Below, one piece after another: positions 10,301-19,268 of a stretch of 64,000 nt of DNA. The translations under genes and the position numbers were made by a program. The stretch covers positions 64,001 to 128,000 of the forward strand of contig CAVZVA010000008.1 in the NCBI GenBank assembly GCA_963778655.1. The letters are read 5' to 3'. The notes beneath the pieces are model-generated. The model made no database searches. It was not told the origin of the DNA and saw only the letters and a list, made by a program, of their open reading frames with translations. Each line of letters starts with the position of its first letter. The first letter of the stretch is position 1. This stretch comes from an uncultured delta proteobacterium. Its GTDB lineage: Bacteria; Myxococcota_A; Polyangia; Polyangiales; JAFGIB01.

Positions 10301-10607
10301 CCGCGATCGCCCAGGTCAGCGCTTGCTGCTCGAAGGCCGCGCTGTGCTCGGGCGGCTCGCCCAGCACCATGTCGAACAGCTGTGAGAGCAGGTGCCGCGG
10401 GAAGGGAAAGCGCGCGTTGGCGAACACCGCGAGCCGCCGGCTGAGCTCCATCGCCAGCCAGCGCTCCATGCCCTTGCTCTGCACCACGATCAGCTCGGGC
10501 GCGAACGGATCCGCCTGCGGCCGGCGCACCAGCTCCGACAGCTTGTCCACCAGCCGTTCGCTGCGGTTGCTGCGGTAGAGAAACACGCGCGGGCCCCCGG
10601 CGAGCAT
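7299..10607 (-). CDS. recC: Exodeoxyribonuclease V gamma subunit (alternative GTG start at 10586)
   Basis: LYRSNRSERL, VVQSKGMERWL, FGISSLPP, PMRSIPFKVVCLIGMN, DDRYMFLEALLAAR; ATGA overlap with recB. Confidence 0.95.
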   Translation of the reverse strand: MLAGGPRVFLYRSNRSERLVDKLSELVRRPQADPFAPELIVVQSKGMERWLAMELSRRLAVFANARFPFPRHLLSQLFDMVLGEPPEHSAAFEQQALTWAIAGLLPELLDEPAFAPIAGYLEGDRDAARRVALAQRIARVLDDYTVYRPELLLSWERGEEQSWDARLWRELVQRLGRGHQAARAQRFIAALQASPARRAALPERLSLFGISSLPPLYVSVLSALAAQVETHLFVLAPSRAYFADIRGRRAAGAELQEEGHPLLASLGRLGRDFQRVLEERAEHVQGEEELFVDTGTGCLLHALQSDVLALRNRGAQGDPTPRLPIAQDDASLSIHVCHGAMRELEVLHDQLVEVLQDPRIEPHDIVVMTPDIEAYAPVIEAVFGQKLGRPALPFSVADRKTRTTHEAVDAFYALLDTLCGRLSASAVLDLLSLDCVRRRFEIASEELDQLRGWVERSGIRWGQDAEHRAELGQPALAGNTWRFGLERMLLGYAMEGDDKALYAGALPFDEIEGGAAELLGKLCELCARLFRHRGALQQARPLPAWRDALLALLDDFLDDAPGTAQQRQLVAGALQALVETATAGGFAEPLSLLTLQAQLEQALDQRLPARGLLSGGIGFCQLVPMRSIPFKVVCLIGMNDESFPGRNAVLGFDRSAAPGQRRAGDRSRRDDDRYMFLEALLAARERVIISYVGRGIHDNRVLPPSVVVGELLDAVAQGFDADGDAAAQGPLARRAGVEARLCTLQRLHAFSPQYFRPEPGSRLFSYAGLYCEAARGFGQQRPERRLIERPLPVQDELRALTIEELFEWISKPIQCLLRTQLGLYFEDDLEPLAEREPVELAGLDRWKLGSTLLEQALQGHALSDLLPAARGSGALPLGSVGLVAYQRLVPEIEELAEAAAPHRRGERLPPLAVDLELDGVRLTGELRELWPEAHLCLSNSRLGRRFELGHFIRHLVLGSCLQRAPRAGYPRSSVVVAPQVKDPKGAAKREVKVVRFEPRQDPEKELCTLIGLVREARRAPLPFVYEVSRAYVQSLARYHDAGRALTTGKGLFYKPEDAGRSDPYVLAAYPGFDRLIEPRDGPDFATVADRVFGPFFDARRER

Positions 10608-10648
10608 ACGGCTTTCGCGCCTTCCGGCCAGCCTTCATGCCGGCCAGA

Positions 10649-10677
10649 TTGACACCCGCTCCCCCCGCGACTAGCGT
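10649..10677 (+). promoter_or_regulatory. Sigma70-type promoter of nuoD
   Basis: TTGACA (10649-10654), 17-bp spacer, TAGCGT (10672-10677), just upstream of the ATG at 10694. Confidence 0.65.
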
Positions 10678-10693
10678 ATCTCGCCACATCGCC

Positions 10694-11908
10694 ATGGAGC
10701 CGATCGAAGACTACGAAGACGAGGGCGCGCTCGAGCTGCCGGCCGAGCCGATGCGCCTCAACATCGGCCCGTCGCACCCGGCGATGCACGGCACCATCCG
10801 CATGATCGTCGACCTCGACGGCGAGGTCATCCGCAACCTCGACATCCATCCCGGCTACCTGCACCGCGGCTTCGAGAAGAGCTGCGAGCGTGGCACCTGG
10901 GCCCAGGTCTATCCCTACACCGACCGGCTCAACTACAACTCGCCGATGCTCAACAACGTCGGCTTCTCGCTGGCGGTCGAGAAGTTGATCGGCATCGAGG
11001 TGCCGGAGCGCTGCAAGGTCTACCGCGTGATCCTGGGCGAGCTGGCGCGCGTCGCCGATCACCTCACCTGCAACGGCGCGATGGCGATGGAGCTGGGGGC
11101 GTTCACGCCCTTCCTGTGGATGATCAAGGTCCGCGACTGGATCTGGGACATTCTCGAACGCGAGACCGGCGCGCGCATGACCCACAGCTTCGGCCGCATC
11201 GGCGGCATGGCCAAGCCGCCCACGCCCGAGCTCAAGCCGGCCGTGCGCGACATCCTGCCGGACGTCGAGCGCGTGCTGCACGAGTCCGAGGCGCTGCTGG
11301 TGCGCAACCGCATCTTCGTCGACCGCGTGCAGGGGGTCGGCGTGCTGAGCAAGCAGGATGCGCTCTCGCTCGGTGTGACGGGCCCCATGCTGCGTGCGTG
11401 CGGCGTGGACTACGACGTGCGCAAGGCCAACCCGTACCTCGACTACGAGACCTACGACTTCGAGATCCCGATCGGCCACGACGGCGACACCTACGATCGC
11501 TTCATGGTGCGGATGGAGGAGACGCGGCAGTCCTGCAAGATCCTGGCGCAGGCGGTCGAGCGCCTGGCCGACGACGGCCCGATCAACGTCGACGATCCCC
11601 GCATCGTGCTGCCGGACAAGCACGAGGTCTACACCACGATCGAGGGCACCATCGCCCACTTCAAGCTGGTGATGGAAGGCGTCAAGCCGCCGCGCGGCGA
11701 GGTCTACGGCTACACCGAGGGCGCCAACGGGGAGCTGGGCTATTACATCGTCTCCGACGGCAGTGGCACGCCCTACCGCGTGCACTGCCGCGCGCCGAGC
11801 TTCATCAATCTGCGCTCCGCCGATCCGATGCTGCGCGGAACCATGATCGCCGACGTGGTGCCGATCTTCGGCTCGGTCAACATGATCGGCGGCGAGTGCG
11901 ACCGCTGA
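10694..11908 (+). CDS. nuoD: NADH-quinone oxidoreductase subunit D (stand-alone)
   Basis: NIGPSHPAMHG, GYLHRGFEK, DRLNY, TGPMLRA, EGANGELG, C-terminal GECDR; start taken at MEPIED (10694). Confidence 0.95.
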   Translation: MEPIEDYEDEGALELPAEPMRLNIGPSHPAMHGTIRMIVDLDGEVIRNLDIHPGYLHRGFEKSCERGTWAQVYPYTDRLNYNSPMLNNVGFSLAVEKLIGIEVPERCKVYRVILGELARVADHLTCNGAMAMELGAFTPFLWMIKVRDWIWDILERETGARMTHSFGRIGGMAKPPTPELKPAVRDILPDVERVLHESEALLVRNRIFVDRVQGVGVLSKQDALSLGVTGPMLRACGVDYDVRKANPYLDYETYDFEIPIGHDGDTYDRFMVRMEETRQSCKILAQAVERLADDGPINVDDPRIVLPDKHEVYTTIEGTIAHFKLVMEGVKPPRGEVYGYTEGANGELGYYIVSDGSGTPYRVHCRAPSFINLRSADPMLRGTMIADVVPIFGSVNMIGGECDR

Positions 11909-11929
11909 CGAGGCTCCGGCTCGCGTCGT

Positions 11930-12559
11930 TCAAGGTTGCGGCTCGGGTGGCTGGGCCTCCACGCAGTGCTCGTGCCAGAACTCGGGGTGGCGCGACCGGT
12001 CCGCCAGGTCGAGGCTCGCGCTCAGCAGTTGATTCTTGGTCAGCTTGCACTCGTAGCGCGCCGGGTTCTCCGCGCGCAGCGAGGCCAGCGCGGCCTGCCG
12101 GCTGCTCTCGATCTCGTCGTCGGTCTTGCCGCCGCGCTTGAGCAGGACGGCCCATTTCGGCTTGACCCTGGCGTCGATCGCGACGCGGTCGCGGTACACC
12201 AGGCAGTCGGCGCCGCGGCTGCCGGCAATCGTGTAGCGGGACTCGATGTGCGCCACGACTCCGAACGCGGACCTCTTTTCGGTGTCGGTCACGACTGCAG
12301 GTGCGCAGCGCTCGGCCTGCGCCAGAAAACAGTCGAGGTCTTCGTCGCACAGCGCCTGTCCGCCGTCGTCCTTGGGATAGCTCTTGCTGAGATCGAGCTT
12401 GCGCGCGGCCAGGCGCGAGCTGAGATTCGAGTAGTCGCCTTGCTGCTCGCGCGCCGGTGCGGCACCTCCGAGGGCGGCGGGCTGGCCGTCGACGCAGCCT
12501 TTGCAGCCGACTGCCAGCACCAGTCCGAACAGCACTGCCGTGGGCAACGCGTCACGCAT
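11930..12559 (-). CDS. Hypothetical Cys-containing lipoprotein
   Basis: Start at MRDALPTAVLFGLVLAVGC (signal peptide plus lipobox); several further cysteines; GC3-rich codons. Confidence 0.6.
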   Translation of the reverse strand: MRDALPTAVLFGLVLAVGCKGCVDGQPAALGGAAPAREQQGDYSNLSSRLAARKLDLSKSYPKDDGGQALCDEDLDCFLAQAERCAPAVVTDTEKRSAFGVVAHIESRYTIAGSRGADCLVYRDRVAIDARVKPKWAVLLKRGGKTDDEIESSRQAALASLRAENPARYECKLTKNQLLSASLDLADRSRHPEFWHEHCVEAQPPEPQP

Positions 12560-12632
12560 CCGCGCGGAGTCTACTCCGCAGCGGCGGCTTCGCCAGCTCG
12601 GAGCTTTTGTCCTATGCTTCGCCCCGAAGCTC

Positions 12633-13283
12633 ATGGATTCGTCCACGCTGCTGCGCAACGTCTTCCTGCTGATTCCGCTGGTGCTGTCGCTGTCCGTTCA
12701 CGAATGGGCGCACGCGTATAGCGCCTACCGGCTCGGCGACGACACCGCCGCGCGCCTGGGCCGGCTCACGCTCAACCCCATCTCGCACATCGACCCGGTC
12801 GGGACCTTGCTGCTGCCGCTGCTCGGCGTGCCCTTCGGTTGGGCCAAGCCGGTGCCGGTCAACCCCGCGCGCTTCGACCGCAAGGTCTCGATGCGCACTG
12901 GGATGATGATCACGGCGTCAGCCGGGCCGGTGTCGAACCTGGTGCTGGCCGTGCTGTGCGTGGTGGTGATCGGGGGGATGTGGCGTTTCGGCCTGCGCAA
13001 CGAGGCGCTCGAGCGGCTGCTCGGGACGAGCTTCGAGCTCAACGTCGCGCTGGCCGTGTTCAACATGCTGCCGATTCCGCCGCTCGATGGCAGCCGGGTG
13101 GCCGACGGCCTGATGCCGAGTCGCTTCCGTCCCGCCTGGGAGCAGTTCGCCAGGGTAGGGCCGCTGGCGCTGCTCGCGGTCATCTTCCTGCCGCAGGTGC
13201 TGCACGTCGACCTGCTGGGCTGGCCGCTCACGCAGGCCTATCAGCTGGCCTTCCAGCTGCTGCACGTGATCGTCGCGACTTAG
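12633..13283 (+). CDS. Site-2 protease family (M50) intramembrane metalloprotease
   Basis: HEWAH (HExxH), GRLTLNP, FGWAKPVP, AGPVSN, FNMLPIPPLDG; start at MDSST. Confidence 0.92.
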   Translation: MDSSTLLRNVFLLIPLVLSLSVHEWAHAYSAYRLGDDTAARLGRLTLNPISHIDPVGTLLLPLLGVPFGWAKPVPVNPARFDRKVSMRTGMMITASAGPVSNLVLAVLCVVVIGGMWRFGLRNEALERLLGTSFELNVALAVFNMLPIPPLDGSRVADGLMPSRFRPAWEQFARVGPLALLAVIFLPQVLHVDLLGWPLTQAYQLAFQLLHVIVAT

Positions 13284-13744
13284 TGATTCGGGGAGGCACG
13301 CGCCTCCCCTCCCCATCGAGCCAAGCTCGCTGGGGCCCCTGCCCACGCGTAGGGGAGCTGCGCTCCCCTCTCGCGGCGAAGCCGCGATTCACCCCTCGCG
13401 ACTTAGTGATTCGGGGAGGCACGCGCCTCCCCTCCCCATCGAGCCAAGCTCGCTGGGGCCCCTGCCCACGCGTAGGGGAGCTGCGCTCCCCTCTCGCGGC
13501 GAAGCCGCGATTCACCCCTCGCGACTTAGTGATTCGGGGAGGCACGCGCCTCCCCTCCCCATCGAGCCAAGCTCGCTGGGGCCCCTGCCCACGCGTAGGG
13601 GAGCTGCGCTCCCCTCTCGCGGCGAAGCCGCGATTCACCCCTCGCGACTTAGTGATTCGGGGAGGCACGCGCCTCCCCTCCCCATCGAGCCAAGCTCGCT
13701 GGGGCCCCTGCCCACGCGTAGGGGAGCTGCGCTCCCCTCTCGCG
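13273..13744. repeat. Perfect tandem array of a 123-bp hairpin-rich (REP/BIME-like) unit, about 3.8 copies
   Basis: TAGTGATTCG recurs at 13281, 13404, 13527 and 13650 and the units are identical. Hairpins: GGGGAGGC-acgc-GCCTCCCC, CGAGC-caa-GCTCG, GGGGCCCC, AGGGGAGC-tgc-GCTCCCCT, CGCGGC-gaa-GCCGCG. Confidence 0.95.
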
Positions 13745-13801
13745 AGCCCAACGGTGCGCATATCCGCCGGCTGGTGAACCCTAACGCGCGTCAGAGGCCG
13801 G

Positions 13802-14146
13802 CTACGCCATGCGGCGCTGGTGCGCCTCCAGGATCTTCTGCTTCAGCTCCTGCTGGGCGCTGCTCGCTTCCGCGCCCGCGCTGACGGTGATCAGGCGCGC
13901 CTTGACGTCGCGCGCGAGCGCGTCGAACTCGGCCGCGTCGAAGGTGTAGAGGTCTTCGCTCATCACGATCGCGAACGGCCACAGCTCGGCCACCTTGGTG
14001 GGTGCATCGCGCAGCTCGCAGGAGACGATTTCCGCCACCGGAACCACGCGCGAGGCCGCGCGGGCTAGCTCGATCAAAGTCTGCGGGCCACCGACCACCA
14101 GCACGGTGCTCGCGGGATTGGTCTCCAGCGTGTTGCGTTGCGCCAC
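13802..14146 (-). CDS. Small hypothetical protein, possibly a degenerate receiver-like fold
   Basis: Likely GTG start at 14146 (AQRNTLETNPASTVLVVGG...); alpha/beta pattern and GC3-rich codons in this frame. Confidence 0.6.
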   Translation of the reverse strand: MAQRNTLETNPASTVLVVGGPQTLIELARAASRVVPVAEIVSCELRDAPTKVAELWPFAIVMSEDLYTFDAAEFDALARDVKARLITVSAGAEASSAQQELKQKILEAHQRRMA

Positions 14147-14321
14147 GCGCCCCAGTGTACCATCCCGCCGCCGCGGTACGGCCACCTTCCCACGATCGGG
14201 CCAGCTCGCCCGGCTACATCGGTGCAGACACGGCGCAGGTGTGGGTCCACGGTCGCGCGCAGGCACGGCAAGCCTCTCGGGATCGCGCGGCCAGCCCGCT
14301 GTGCAAGGCCGGCTCGTGCCC

Positions 14322-14732
14322 TCAGGCCGATTCGCGCTCGACCAGATCCGAGAGCACCCGCAGCGCGTCGGTCGTGGTGAACAGCCCGACCACCGCGCCT
14401 TGCTCGTCGGTCACCACCGCGCAGCCGAACTTCTCGCGCGCCATGTGCTTGGCCACTTCCCACAGCGGCGCGTCCGGGGTGACCGCGTAGGGCTCGGGCG
14501 TCATCGCTTCCGCGACGCAGATCTGCTCCCATTCCTCGGGCAGCAGCGACTCGATCATCGCCAGATCCCGATCGGTCACCACGCCCGTCAGCTCGTCGCC
14601 GTCCATCACGGGCAGGTGCCGGATCCCGTGCTCCTGCATGAGCTTGACCGCGTCCTCGAGGTCGGCGTCGAGCTGGACGCAGACCGGCATGGCGCTCATG
14701 TGATCCCCGACTCGGCGTGGGCGTTCCGTCAT
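14322..14732 (-). CDS. CBS domain pair protein
   Basis: VGDHMS, GIRHLPVMDGDELTGVVTDRDL, AMTPEP, GCAVVTDEQGAVVGLFTTTD. Confidence 0.92.
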   Translation of the reverse strand: MTERPRRVGDHMSAMPVCVQLDADLEDAVKLMQEHGIRHLPVMDGDELTGVVTDRDLAMIESLLPEEWEQICVAEAMTPEPYAVTPDAPLWEVAKHMAREKFGCAVVTDEQGAVVGLFTTTDALRVLSDLVERESA

Positions 14733-14844
14733 GGCCGACCCCTCTGTGTGCCGTACTGGCGTGACGTAACCGCTTTGCGCGCCCCGTCAAGCGGACCGCG
14801 TCCCCCGGCGGTCGAAGCCGCTGCGGCTGGCGTATGCTCCCCGC

Positions 14845-15960
14845 GTGCGACGCCGCCTCCTCGTTCTGGTCTTCGCGCTGTGCGCGGCGAGCCCGGCCTG
14901 TGCCCCGGCACCGGCGCTGCGCGCGCCCACCGCTGCCCGGGCTGTGCGACCCGCGCCGCTGGCCGCGCCCTGGCCCGAGGCCGACCGGCTGTTCCATCGC
15001 GACCCACGCTGGCTGGGCGGCGACGCCGCCATCAGCATCGCGCTGCCGCAGCAGCGCGTGCTGTGGCTGTTCGGCGACAGCTTCGTCGCCCCCGCCGCCT
15101 CGGCCGGCGGCTCGCGTCGCGGCGCCGCATTCGTGCGCAACAGCGTGGCATTGCAGCAGGGACGCGATCCCAGCCGTGCCGAGCTGCGCTTCTACGCCGG
15201 CACTGGCGCGGACGGCGCGCCAGCCTCCTTCTTTACCGGCGAGGACGGCGCCTGGTACTGGCCCGGACACGGACTCTTGCTCGACGGCGCGCTCACCGTG
15301 TTCCTCGAGCGCATGCAGGCCGACCCGAGCCCCGGCGGGCTCGGCTTTCGCAACGCGGGCTGGACGGCGGTGCGCATCGACGACCCCGAGGCCGAGCCGA
15401 GCGTCTGGCGCCCTGTCGCGCTGCCGACACCCGACACCGGCGCGCTCGGCCTGGTCGGGGTCTCGGTGTTGCTCGAAGGCGACTACGTATATGCGTATGC
15501 GGTGCGCGAGCCCGGAGACCACGCGATCATGCTGCTGCGTTGGACACGCGCGGATTTCGCGCGCGGCGCGCTGATGAAGCCACAGTACTGGCTCGGCGCC
15601 GGGCGCGGCTTCGGCTCGGGGCCGCCCGCGGTGGTGCTGGCCGAGGGGGCGGCGGAGCTGTCGGTGTCGGCCGACCCGAGCGGCGGCTATTTCGAGGTGC
15701 AGAGCCGCGGCTTCGGGGCCGCGCCGATCGTGCTGCGCCGATCGGCGGCGCTGGTTGGCCCGTTCGGCGCGCCGATCGAGCTGCTGCCCGCGCCCCGGAC
15801 CGCGCCACCCGACCTGCTGCTGTACGCCGGTCGTGCGCACCCCGAGCTGCAAGGCGCGGAGCTGATCGTCACCTACGCCACCAACAGCCTCGACCAGCAG
15901 CGGCTGATGCGCGACAGCGCGCTCTACTACCCCCGCTTCCTGCGCGCCCGGTTGCCTTGA
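14845..15960 (+). CDS. Secreted/lipoprotein DUF4185/DUF5005-like beta-propeller, putative glycoside hydrolase
   Basis: Signal peptide; WLGGDAAISIAL...LWLFGDSF, RNSVA, WYWPGHG, YAGRAHPEL, YYPRF. Confidence 0.65.
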   Translation: MRRRLLVLVFALCAASPACAPAPALRAPTAARAVRPAPLAAPWPEADRLFHRDPRWLGGDAAISIALPQQRVLWLFGDSFVAPAASAGGSRRGAAFVRNSVALQQGRDPSRAELRFYAGTGADGAPASFFTGEDGAWYWPGHGLLLDGALTVFLERMQADPSPGGLGFRNAGWTAVRIDDPEAEPSVWRPVALPTPDTGALGLVGVSVLLEGDYVYAYAVREPGDHAIMLLRWTRADFARGALMKPQYWLGAGRGFGSGPPAVVLAEGAAELSVSADPSGGYFEVQSRGFGAAPIVLRRSAALVGPFGAPIELLPAPRTAPPDLLLYAGRAHPELQGAELIVTYATNSLDQQRLMRDSALYYPRFLRARLP

Positions 15961-15981
15961 TGCAACCGGTCCCGAGCTGAA

Positions 15982-16041
15982 GATCCAGAGGAATCCGGGA
16001 AGCTGAGATCGAAGCTCCTCTTCGCGCCTTCCTGTTGAATC
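15982..16041. repeat. Dispersed imperfect inverted-repeat element, copy 1 (ACAGGAAGGCGnGAAG family)
   Basis: Left arm GATCCAGAGGAATCCGGGAAG; right arm CTTCGCGCCTTCCTGTTGAATC (reverse complement GATTCAACAGGAAGGCGCGAAG); between convergent genes. Confidence 0.55.
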
Positions 16042-16071
16042 CTCGCAACGCGAGCTGCGGCCCGGAAGCGC

Positions 16072-18489
16072 TCAATCCTTGATGATCATGTTGTCGAACA
16101 TCGCGTCGAACTCGTCGCCTTCCTGCTGGGCGCTCTTCTTGATTCCCAGCCGCTCGATGCGCGCGGCGACGTCGCGAAACTCCGGGCTCTTCTCCTCGAC
16201 CTTCTCGTACCAGACCAGCGCCTCGCTGGCCTTGCCCAGCAGCTCGCTGGCGTTGCCCAGCTCGAACCACAAGCTGAGCTCCTCCTCCTGCGAGCGCGAC
16301 GGGCTCCGCAGCGCGCGCTTGAAGTGCTCCGCCGCGTTGGCCATCTCGCCCTTGGCCACGTAGGACAGCCCGATCATGGTTTCGGCCATGCACTGCTTGT
16401 CCGGCTTGTCCAGGCAGAGCTTGAACTCCTCGATCGCCTCAGCGTGCAGGCCCATCTCCATGTAGGCGATCCCGAGGTCGTAGTGGGTCGCGGTGTCGCC
16501 CTTGTCGACCTGTCGCTTGACGCCTTCCTTGAACTGGTGAAGCACCTGTGCCACGTCCCCCGAGCTTTGCGAGGCGCCGTCGGCTTCCTCGGCCAGCTTC
16601 TGTGCCAGCGCGAAGCTGCGATCCTCGGCTGCGGCGTCGCTCCGCTCCGAGCCGCCATCGATCTCGGCCAGCTTGCGCAGCAACAGCGGGTGCTCCGGGT
16701 GCTCGTCCAGCGCGTCCATCAGGATCTGTCGCGCCTCGTCCGCGAGCTTTTGCGCCAGGTAGAAGTCGGCCTCTTCCAGCGCCTCTTGCAGCTCTTCGCT
16801 CGGCTCGGCTTCCTCCGCGCTTGCGTCCGCCCGCGCCGTCGCCGGTTGCGGCGGATCGCTGCGCGGCGGCTCGGGCTCGGCCTCGAGCTCGAGCACGCTC
16901 TCCTCCGAGTCGGGCTGCGGCTCCAGCGTCACCTCGGGATCGGCCTCGGCCTCCGCCTCGCCCGAGTCCTCGAACACCAGCTCCGGCTCCGCGTCTGCGT
17001 CATCGACGCCCTCCAGCTGCGTGGCCAGCGAGACCTCGCGCGGTCCCACCCGGACCGGGGGCGCGCTGCGTAGGTCCGAGAAGTCGGCCTCGTCGATCTC
17101 CTCCTCGAGGAACACCACCTCCTCGGCGTCGTCGCCCTCGGCCGCGGGCGCGCTCGCGCGCTGCAGCTCGGCCAGACGCGCCTTGACCGCCTCGTTGTCG
17201 GGGCTGAGCTCGGCGGCCTGCTCCAGGTATTCGCTGGCGCGCACCGGGTCGGTCTCGGCCACGCTCTCCGACAGCATCAGCAGCTGAATCACCGCGGAGC
17301 CGACCTCGCCGCGTTGCAGGTGCGCCTCCTTGAGCTTCTCGCGCGCTTCGACGTGTCCGGGATCGAGGTCGAGCACACGGTTGAGCTGCGCGACGACCTT
17401 GTCGCGCAGCCCGTAGCGCAGGAACACCTCGCACTCGGCCATCAGGCGTGCGATCTGCGCCTGCCGATCGGCGTCCGTGAACGGAGCGGCGATTGGCCGC
17501 GAGCCCTCGGCCGCATCCTCGTCGACGATCAACACCTCGTCGAGCTCGTCGTCGACCAGCGTCTCGGTGCCGTCGTCGAGCTCGGCCCGCGTGCTCAATG
17601 CCTGCAGTCGGCGGAGCGCCTCGGTGTCGCCGGGCTCGAGCTCGAGCAGCGCTTGCAGCGCCTCGGTTTCCTCGGCTTGGCGGCCGGCCTCGCCGTGGAT
17701 GCGGGCCACCTCGCGGTAGACCGAGATCGCCTTGGGGGTTTGTCCCAGCACCTGGAACGCGCGGGCCAGCAGCGCGAGCGTGGCGGTGTCGGTGGCGTCG
17801 GCCTTGAAGCAGGTCTGCAGGTGGGCGAGCGCAGGCTTGGCCTGGCCCCGCTCGATGTACAAGCCGGCGAGCTCGCGCGCGCGGTCGAGATCCTCGTGGC
17901 TGTGAAACAGCAGGCGTTCGGTGACCTTGATGTAGTCGTCGATCCGGCCTTGCTCCTTGAGCAGGTCCGCGCCCTTGCGAAAGGCGTCGGCGGCTTCGTC
18001 GATGCGGTCGGCCTTCGACAGCGCCTCGGCCGCCCGGATCCAGGCGGCCACGTTCTTGGGGTCGAGATGGGCGATCTTGCACAACGCGTTGAGCGCCTGG
18101 TCGGGCTTGCCGGAGTTCGCATAGGCGTCGGCCACCTGCTCGAAGGTGGAGAGCGCGTCGCTGGTCAGCGACAACATCTCGTACATCTCGCCCAGGCTTT
18201 CGGTCGCCTTCAGGTCACCGGGGTCGAGCTTGAGGATCTGCTTGTAGACCGCCACCGCCTTGAGGAAGAACCCCTGCTGCGCGTACTGCTGCGCGACCTT
18301 GCGATAGGTGCTGATCGCGCCCTTGTTGTCTCCGGTGCGCGTGTACAGGTCGCCCAGCTTGAGCAGCGAGCGCGCGTCGCCCGGATCGGACGCCACCATC
18401 TTCTCGTATTCGACGATGGCGCGATCGATCTGACCCTTGGCCAGGTACTTCTGGGCTGCCTTGAGTGCTTTGGCCCGATCGATGCTCAC
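16072..18489 (-). CDS. sgmX: TPR protein, SgmX-like (type IV pilus polarity effector)
   Basis: N-terminal TPRs with GFFLKAVAVYKQILKL, an acidic linker, and C-terminal TPRs with THYDLGIAYMEMGL; near a roadblock gene, as I recall for the Myxococcus sgmX-mglC region. Confidence 0.7.
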   Translation of the reverse strand: MSIDRAKALKAAQKYLAKGQIDRAIVEYEKMVASDPGDARSLLKLGDLYTRTGDNKGAISTYRKVAQQYAQQGFFLKAVAVYKQILKLDPGDLKATESLGEMYEMLSLTSDALSTFEQVADAYANSGKPDQALNALCKIAHLDPKNVAAWIRAAEALSKADRIDEAADAFRKGADLLKEQGRIDDYIKVTERLLFHSHEDLDRARELAGLYIERGQAKPALAHLQTCFKADATDTATLALLARAFQVLGQTPKAISVYREVARIHGEAGRQAEETEALQALLELEPGDTEALRRLQALSTRAELDDGTETLVDDELDEVLIVDEDAAEGSRPIAAPFTDADRQAQIARLMAECEVFLRYGLRDKVVAQLNRVLDLDPGHVEAREKLKEAHLQRGEVGSAVIQLLMLSESVAETDPVRASEYLEQAAELSPDNEAVKARLAELQRASAPAAEGDDAEEVVFLEEEIDEADFSDLRSAPPVRVGPREVSLATQLEGVDDADAEPELVFEDSGEAEAEADPEVTLEPQPDSEESVLELEAEPEPPRSDPPQPATARADASAEEAEPSEELQEALEEADFYLAQKLADEARQILMDALDEHPEHPLLLRKLAEIDGGSERSDAAAEDRSFALAQKLAEEADGASQSSGDVAQVLHQFKEGVKRQVDKGDTATHYDLGIAYMEMGLHAEAIEEFKLCLDKPDKQCMAETMIGLSYVAKGEMANAAEHFKRALRSPSRSQEEELSLWFELGNASELLGKASEALVWYEKVEEKSPEFRDVAARIERLGIKKSAQQEGDEFDAMFDNMIIKD

Positions 18490-18800
18490 GAGCGCGGTCC
18501 GATCACCGGGGGGGGTACTGCGCGGCGCGCAAATCGGCGGTCAGGAGCCTGGGCTCGCAAGGGGATCGGCCCTTCCCGCGGCGCATCTGCCGGAATTCGG
18601 CATTCTGTCCGACGCGATCATCTGCTCCCGAGCCCTGTCCGCCGATTTCGCGCAACCGAAAAAAACACGTGCAACATCCAAAGTTTAGGTTTCGTGTGCA
18701 AGCAGGGTCAAGGGCTCCCCGCAGGGTCGGCCCCGGGCGGCCCATGTCGGCCAATGTAGCGCACCCGGCGCGGCCCTGCTCGCCTGCTTCGGATCGACTC

Positions 18801-19247
18801 CTAGGCGAGGCGCTCGGCAAGGGCCCGCAAGCCCAGCAGGTAGCTGCTCGTGCCGAAGCCGAGCACGGCGCCGAGGCAGGCGCCGGCCGTCAGCGAGCGA
18901 TGGCGAAACTCCTCGCGCGCGTGGATGTTCGACACATGCGCTTCGACGCACGGCAGGCCCACCGAGGCCAGCGCGTCGCGCAGGGCGACCGAGGTGTGCG
19001 TCAAGCCGCCGGGGTTGATCAGTATCGCGTCGAAGCTGCCGCGGGCCTGCTGGATCCAATCGATCAGCTCTCCCTCGTGGTTGCTCTGCCGGCACTGCAC
19101 CGTCACCGAGAGCTCCCGCGCCAGCCGCGCGAGCGCGCGGTCCACGTCGGCCAGCGTCTGACTGCCGTAGATCTCCGGCTCGCGGGTGCCGAGCAGGTTC
19201 AGGTTGGGTCCGTGCAGGACCAGGATCTTGGGGCGACGCGCAGCCAT
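18801..19247 (-). CDS. aroQ: Type II 3-dehydroquinate dehydratase
   Basis: [57 protein letters not shown]. Confidence 0.97.
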   Translation of the reverse strand: MAARRPKILVLHGPNLNLLGTREPEIYGSQTLADVDRALARLARELSVTVQCRQSNHEGELIDWIQQARGSFDAILINPGGLTHTSVALRDALASVGLPCVEAHVSNIHAREEFRHRSLTAGACLGAVLGFGTSSYLLGLRALAERLA

Positions 19248-19268
19248 CGGGTCCCGCCGCGGCGTGGC

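Noticed and set aside
13273..13744. CRISPR array interpretation of the 123-bp array (and of the 113-bp array at 43397-43691)
   Set aside because: The units are identical end to end with no unique spacers, they are far longer than CRISPR repeats, and there are no cas genes in the window.
12839..13777. ORFs with 41-aa repeats on both strands (12839..13777 + and 13228..13761 -)
   Set aside because: By-product of a 123-bp (3n) stop-poor GC-rich unit; they overlap the real protease gene and have no protein-like features.
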